Positions 58,760-64,000 of a DNA stretch of 64,000 nt are shown here, one piece after another. The notes beneath the pieces are model-generated. The model had not been told where the DNA came from and ran no database searches. It was given only the letters and a program-made list of their open reading frames with translations. The stretch's first letter is position 1, and each line of letters opens with the position of its first letter. A program made the translations under genes and the position numbers. Source of the DNA: a virus; IMG/VR virus record IMGVR_UViG_3300005830_000045, positions 16,480 to 80,479 of that record. One strand, written 5' to 3'.

Positions 58760-59386
58760 AAAAAAGTTGAAAAAAAGGTATTGACTTCCATTTCAATTTG
58801 GGGTGTTATAGAATTTAGATGGAGGGCACGATGGATAAGGTGAACGTCGCAATCACCCCAAAGGGAACATACGAAGTCATCCGGAACGTTTCCGACGACA
58901 AGGTTTTGGTAGCAGACGAAAAGGGAAACTTCCGCAAGTTCCTCATTGGCAAGGTCACGATCAGAGTCGCAACCGAGGAAGACATCGCAGCCGTCCACGC
59001 CGCAAGAGTAGCGCACCAAGAGCAGGAAAACGCAAGACTTCGCACTTTCAACAAAAACGTCAATTCCATGGCAAGAGCTTATACAGCCGGCAACATAGTC
59101 GGTTGGGCGATGGGCGAGTAAAGGAGAAAAAGATGGAAAACAGATACAAAGACATGAGCGACGCACAACTCAACTTCGTTCGCGCTACGCTTTTGGACGT
59201 CATTGTTGACGCTTCGGATAAAGGTGGAAATATCAAGAGGCTTCTCAAATCCTACGACAACGTCACATCAGAGGTTGTAAAACGAAATAAGGAAAGGTTC
59301 CACGCCGAACAAGAAAGGCCAAAGGTTTCAGCCTATTACGAAGAATTCAAAAAAAGTTGAAAAAGGTATTCACTTCCATTTCAATT
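58760..59386 (+). repeat. Duplicated promoter-like element (58760-58798 and 59350-59386)
   Basis: AAAAAAGTTGAAAAA(AA)GGTATT(G/C)ACTTCCATTTCAATT. Confidence 0.85.
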
Positions 59387-60567
59387 ATGGAGGACAGGAG
59401 AACACCATGAATCAGCCAAAAACAGACTTTTACGCATTCCGTTTCAGAAACTCAATCCGTTCCAAGGCCACGCACGCCGTCAAGCGGATCAACAAAAACG
59501 GCAGCGTCTCAAAGGCCCACGTCAGCGACAGTTGCCTCTTCACGAGCGAAGAAAAGGCGGAAACGCGCAAATTTGAACTCGAAAGATTCAATCCGGGTAC
59601 CAGGTTTATAGTTGTTTTTCTTATGGTTTAGATAGGAAGAATCATGTATAGAGTGCCAAGATTGGGAGAAGTTTGGGAACGTTGGGACGGAGAAATAATC
59701 CAAATCAACGGAGTGTGTCACGACGGCAATGGAAACCTTTGCGTTGAGTACGATACGCACGACATGCCCGGTCAACTCGTGGAGCTTGGAACGTTCCTTG
59801 GCGTTCAAAGAGGTGAAGGTTTTCCACATCCAAGGCGCTATATACTCGTTGACGGCGATGACGTTTCGCCTGACGGAATTGGCATCCCCTTGGAGGCATG
59901 GCCTCGTGACGTTTCAGCAGACGACGAAAAGTTACAGATTCTGACAAAGGTCTTGGGAAACCCTCTTGCTGAAGAAACTTTCAATTTGTCGAGAAAGGAT
60001 ATAGGTGATGTCGGCGACAATGAATGATATCTGCCCTGGATGGTACGAGAACCACCCAGGAGGACACAACGGAGTGTGTTGTTGTGGCCTTTATTGGGAG
60101 AAGCAGATGCCCTGTCACACAAGGGACGGTAGGATTGTTCTTTTCGAGCGCATCTGGAAGCGATATCAAGAAAGGCAACTTAGCATGGAGCACCGAGATA
60201 ACACGCGAAAGGAGTTTGAAAAAAGGCGCATGCTGTATCCGGAACTTTGCAAGCGGAGAATGTGATGGATGAAGGTATGCTTATTGTCTATACGAGTATA
60301 AACTTCAAGCTTGTGAAGGCTTGCTCTATCTGCTCTCATCGGTGCTTCCGAAAGGGGAAAGCTTGGGGCGTTTGTAAAAAGAACGAATACGAGCATAGCA
60401 AATACGGCGACAGAAGCAGGCTAAGAATCCATACAGCAGGAGTCTGTTCAGGCTTTGAGCTTGATCTTGGTATCAATCTCGGTGAATACGGCGAACACCT
60501 CTTGGATAACAGCAAGAGGATAGAGGCGATAGCAGCGCTCAAAAGGCTGAAAAGGAAGATGCGATGA
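58831..60567 (+). CDS. Cluster of small hypothetical early-type genes (58831-59121, about 59133-59360, 59407-59631, 59644-60027, about 60020-60265, about 60265-60567)
   Basis: Short, tightly packed + strand ORFs with SD sites downstream of promoter motifs. Confidence 0.55.
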
Positions 60568-60579
60568 AAGGAAGATGCG

Positions 60580-60780
60580 ATGGCGAAAAATATGATTCGT
60601 GGTTTGCCATTTTATGGCGGCAAGAGCAAGATGGCTGCGAAAATAATAAAACTTCTTCCTCCGCATACTTTGTATGTTGAGCCTTTTGTTGTGGATAGGT
60701 CACGAAGTGTTCGCAAGGAGTTGATAGATAAAGTTTGGTGCCCTGAAAAAGGTTTCGCGTACAATGGGGAGAAACAATGA
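60580..60780 (+). pseudogene. Truncated Dam-like DNA adenine methyltransferase
   Basis: PFYGGKSKMAAKIIKLLPPHTLYVEPF then loss of similarity; no xGxG completion, no DPPY; 66 aa. Confidence 0.75.
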
Positions 60781-62016
60781 ACACCTCAATACAGGTTCGA
60801 TACCTCGTGCAAGATTTGAGATGTGCCATCCACGAGGTGAAAAAGAAGCACAACAAAAGGCCAATCATCAAGATGTCTCCGGACACGCACGATGACATCT
60901 TAGATTATTTGCACTCCAAGGCAACTTCTTTCGGAGATTTCGCCGTACAGGCAGGAGGATTGAAAAAGTTCATGGGGTGTGACGTGCAAATTGAGTGCTG
61001 TTGGTCTTTTGGGCTTGCTGTTGAGACGGAAACATTGGAAAAGGCTTGTCGGAATAGCTTTGAAGGCGGAAAACCTCAATAATTTGGCATTTGTACGAGG
61101 TTTTGTTTTTGAGGATTTACTTCTTTTCAGCTGTGGCCTATTCTAGGGTTATTCTTGCTGATTCCTGTTTCTGTGGGTGTCGTATTTTGTTTTGTCAGTC
61201 GTAGAAAGCTAGAATGGAACATTGTTTCGGAGAGTCTTGATGGTTCGTTGGTTGGAGCACAAAATTAGGTGTCACATCTGTGGCAGGGCAACAGTGATAA
61301 TTGACCCTTCCATGGACATCAGTCCGGTGATTCTTCCAAAGCCTTGGCGAGAAGTCCAACTTATTGGGTGGATAGCGACTTTTGACGTCTGTAGCGACGC
61401 ATGCGAGGAAGCTTTGCGTTGTCGCTGTGAACGTCCAGAGCGCTACGAGTCTGGAAAAGTTGTAGTGGAAGCAGAAGCATCGCTTGAGCGTGAAGATGAA
61501 ACGGTCCCAATCAATCCTCCAGGGTGGTACGAAAAGGAGGAATAAAGTGAGGTGCGCATATTGCAAATGTGAAAATATAAATGTCCTTGATCCATGCAAC
61601 GAAAGTGGCAAAGAAAAAAAGGGATTGTAACGAATACATGAAGGCTATGCCTCAAAGTGCAATCGCGCAGTCTTTGAGGCCGCATATTCCGCCTGAAAAA
61701 GTCTAAAAAAAGGCAGAAGCAGAGCAGGAGGCCATAAATGACTAACCAGCAGCTGTTCAATAGAAAGATTGTCGAAAAGTGCACCAAAAAGGCGCACGAA
61801 ATGGTATCCTCGGCAGTCGAAAGAGCAGAGGCAGGTCTTGGTACAATCATATTCGCATCGTGCAAGAAAGAAGCAGAAAGGGCACAGGCGATGATAGAAG
61901 AATCATCCTTGTCTCCAGAGCTTCAGCTTTATATCACGATATGGGTTGTTGACCATCCAACCGAAAAGCATAATGAATGCGGCGTTCATTTGACGGACGT
62001 TTCGTGTTTGCCCTGA
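60777..62016 (+). CDS. Small hypothetical genes (60777-61082, 61222-61545, 61738-62016)
   Basis: + strand ORFs, some with SD; 61222 has CHIC...CSDAC. Confidence 0.5.
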
Positions 62017-62059
62017 CAATTTCAGCTCGCAAATACTAGCAACATATTATAGGGCACCA

Positions 62060-62259
62060 AGAGGAACACGCCTCTGTTTTGAAGAGGTTTACAAGGATCT
62101 AACTCTGGAGGGTATTCAAGTGTTGGCCCGCACGACAAAAAAAACAAGCTTTCGCGACAACAGAAAGCAAGGTTTCGTGGGCAATCCGGTTTTACATCAC
62201 CCCATGGGCCGGTGCGCCTGTGCAACTTGGGCACCACCACGTCAGAGGCGTGTTCCTCT
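62060..62259. other. 17-bp perfect inverted repeat enclosing nested hairpins
   Basis: AGAGGAACACGCCTCTG 62060-62076 / CAGAGGCGTGTTCCTCT 62243-62259. Confidence 0.85.
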
Positions 62260-62317
62260 ATTCAAAAAGCTTACACGTGCCTTTCTTCCTCGTGCTTCCT
62301 TCCTGTTCTGCCTGCCA

Positions 62318-62397
62318 GGCAACTCTCAAGTTCTTTTTTCTAGGCTTCTTTGCTCCGTGCCTTTTCGTCTTTCCTAATTGAGAACTTGAGAGTTGCC
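62318..62397. repeat. 17-bp perfect inverted repeat
   Basis: GGCAACTCTCAAGTTCT 62318-62334 / AGAACTTGAGAGTTGCC 62381-62397. Confidence 0.9.
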
Positions 62398-62415
62398 ATC
62401 TCACCTTTTTGCGCT

Positions 62416-62485
62416 TTGTCTTTCTTTTGAGGTGTCACCTAGACGACAGACAAATGATTCTTGTCTTGTCTTTCTTTTGAGGTGT
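62416..62485 (+). repeat. 20-bp direct repeat, 50 bp period
   Basis: TTGTCTTTCTTTTGAGGTGT at 62416 and 62466. Confidence 0.9.
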
Positions 62486-62772
62486 AAGCAAGAAACGCAA
62501 GATTGGCAAATTCACAATCCGCAAACTCCCTTTTTGCCAATTCCCTCCACCTAGAAAAAGAAGCCAAATTACAGCACAGAGGAGTAGCACTAGAATAGCC
62601 TTTAGAGGCAGCCTTTCGAACCTTATCTATCCTACACCCTCTTCATGCCTTATTCCGGAAACATGTATGTGCTCCTCTTATTGCCCCTGTTCTGTATCTG
62701 GTGTATCTCCCTGCTGTTCCCCTCAAATAGCATAAGTTCTTGAGCCTTGAGGCCTGATAGTTTGTCAATTGG

Positions 62773-63727
62773 TTCTTGTCAATTGTGTATTTGTGAGGAT
62801 AGGTGGTTTTCGAGGTGCTTCCCTTCCGGTGTATCTCTATTCTCAATAGTTCTTGGCGTATGAGATGGACCAAGTGTTTTGTCTCAGTCGTATTTGAGTT
62901 TGCCAATTGCCCCCCCATTCTTGCCAATTGCCCCCCGTTGAAAAAACAGAACAATACAAGAGAGGAAGAGGAGTAGTAAGAGAAAGACTAATAGAAGCCT
63001 AACACCCTTTGCCTCTGTTTGCCCGGATAATGTGATAAGGCCTTGATATAGATTGATAATGTAATAGATTGAGGGTAGATTTCTAGAAGGAGTTTGCCCG
63101 GTATATGAGGTGTTTTTGAGGGATTGGGTTGTGTTAGGTTGTGTTAGGTTGTGTTAGGTTGTGTTAGCGGATAGTGTGTGGTCCAGTCCCACTGCGCAAT
63201 TGGGGGCACATGGTTGTTTTTTCACAAGTGTTATTGTCAATAAATTACAGGGTAAAACGCCATGCCCCTATGCTTTATCAAGCTATAGCCTAGCGAATTT
63301 GCGCCTGCCCGGCCAGCGAGTGGCAAACTCAATTGTCAAGAACACCCCACGAAAACAGTCGTTGAGAAAAGATAACTATTCCGTATATATAGAAAGATTG
63401 CAGTGTGGATTGCCCGCCTAGCGTATACCAGGCTTCAACCTGTGCCTGGCAGTTGGCCTATTTGCTTCCACTTGGCGAGTGTCTCTCCGGCATATAGTTC
63501 TTGAGCAATTGCAACAATAGTTCAAGCATTACAACGGACTATAGGCAACGCTCAAATATTCTATCATGCCAATTGTCAAGAAGTAGGCGGCAAGTGGCAC
63601 GTTTGTGAATTGGCTGCATATCGTAGCGCTGTTTGCCGCCTTGCCAATCCGTTAGTTCTTGAGCATTCTACTTGATAGATGCTCAACGAGTTCTTGAGGC
63701 TTGCTTGGGCGTGCTTCTTGGCAATTG
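62773..63727. repeat. Dispersed 13-bp motif TTCTTGNCAATTG (5 copies, both orientations)
   Basis: + at 62773, 62918, 63715; - at 63330, 63570. Confidence 0.85.
63127..63166 (+). repeat. 10-bp tandem repeat x4
   Basis: GGTTGTGTTA x4. Confidence 0.95.
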
Positions 63728-63908
63728 ACAGGTGGAAGCAATGCGTACTGGGGTGGGGCGCCTGGCTCCTTGGCCGCTGTGTGGTTGGCAAAGTGTTGTA
63801 ATTGTTAGGTTTTTAGGTGGTGCACCCCCCACTGTGTAGGTTTTTACTTGACGAGCGCAGCGAGCAAGCTATGTCTGGCATCTAAAATGAACGCCACACA
63901 CTACAAAG

Positions 63909-64000
63909 CACACTCAAAATTTGCCAATTTATAAAACTAACACACTCAAAATTTGCCAATTTATAAAACTAACACACTCAAAATTTGCCAATTTATAAAA
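63909..64000 (+). repeat. 32-bp AT-rich tandem repeat, about 3 copies, cut by the window end
   Basis: CACACTCAAAATTTGCCAATTTATAAAACTAA at 63909, 63941, 63973. Confidence 0.95.

Noticed and set aside
62022-63791. Short ORFs in the right-end region
   Set aside because: They lack SD sites and motifs and overlap repeats and inverted repeats; treated as non-coding.
63909-64000. CRISPR array (32-bp repeat)
   Set aside because: The repeats are head-to-tail with no spacers, and no cas genes are present.
1-64000. Stop-codon reassignment, tRNA genes, integrase
   Set aside because: Genes are full length and densely packed in code 11 with TAA, TAG and TGA all used as stops. No cloverleaf or recombinase motif was recognised by eye; tRNAscan was not run.

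Overview
The window is a 64 kb fragment of a large lytic-type myophage (contractile tail), with every credible gene on the + strand in genetic code 11. No integrase, tRNA, rRNA or CRISPR array is visible. Gene order: (1) 63-18464 tail module: tube, tail assembly chaperone with a -1 frameshift, tape measure, hub, spike, gp25, baseplate J, accessory virion proteins including a tandem paralog pair, and a tail fibre. (2) 18476-20849 membrane/lysis-like genes. (3) 21008-32663 replication and regulation: UvsW-like helicase, putative initiator, DnaC-like loader, DnaB, primase, CobS/CobT-like AAA+VWA pair and an extended sigma factor. (4) 33023-38840 a coupled nucleotide-chemistry operon: FAD oxidoreductase, all-alpha NTP pyrophosphatase fused to a HAD nucleotidase, divergent ThyX, SAM-fold protein, class III aminotransferase and dNMP kinase. 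(5) 39591-55921 DnaE with an intein, HU, UvsY-like, gp32-like SSB, RecA, SbcD/SbcC, RuvC-like, 5'-3' exonuclease, dCMP deaminase and a second, canonical ThyX. (6) 56043-62016 small early-type genes, an amidase endolysin and a truncated Dam. (7) 62020-64000 a non-coding region rich in repeats and hairpins. Best leads: a candidate undescribed pre-replicative pyrimidine-modification pathway built on a second, non-canonical ThyX; a dual-coding DnaE intein whose HNH endonuclease lies entirely in the +1 frame; and a multi-stem element plus iteron-like repeats at the right end. All product calls come from motif recognition by eye, with no database searches.
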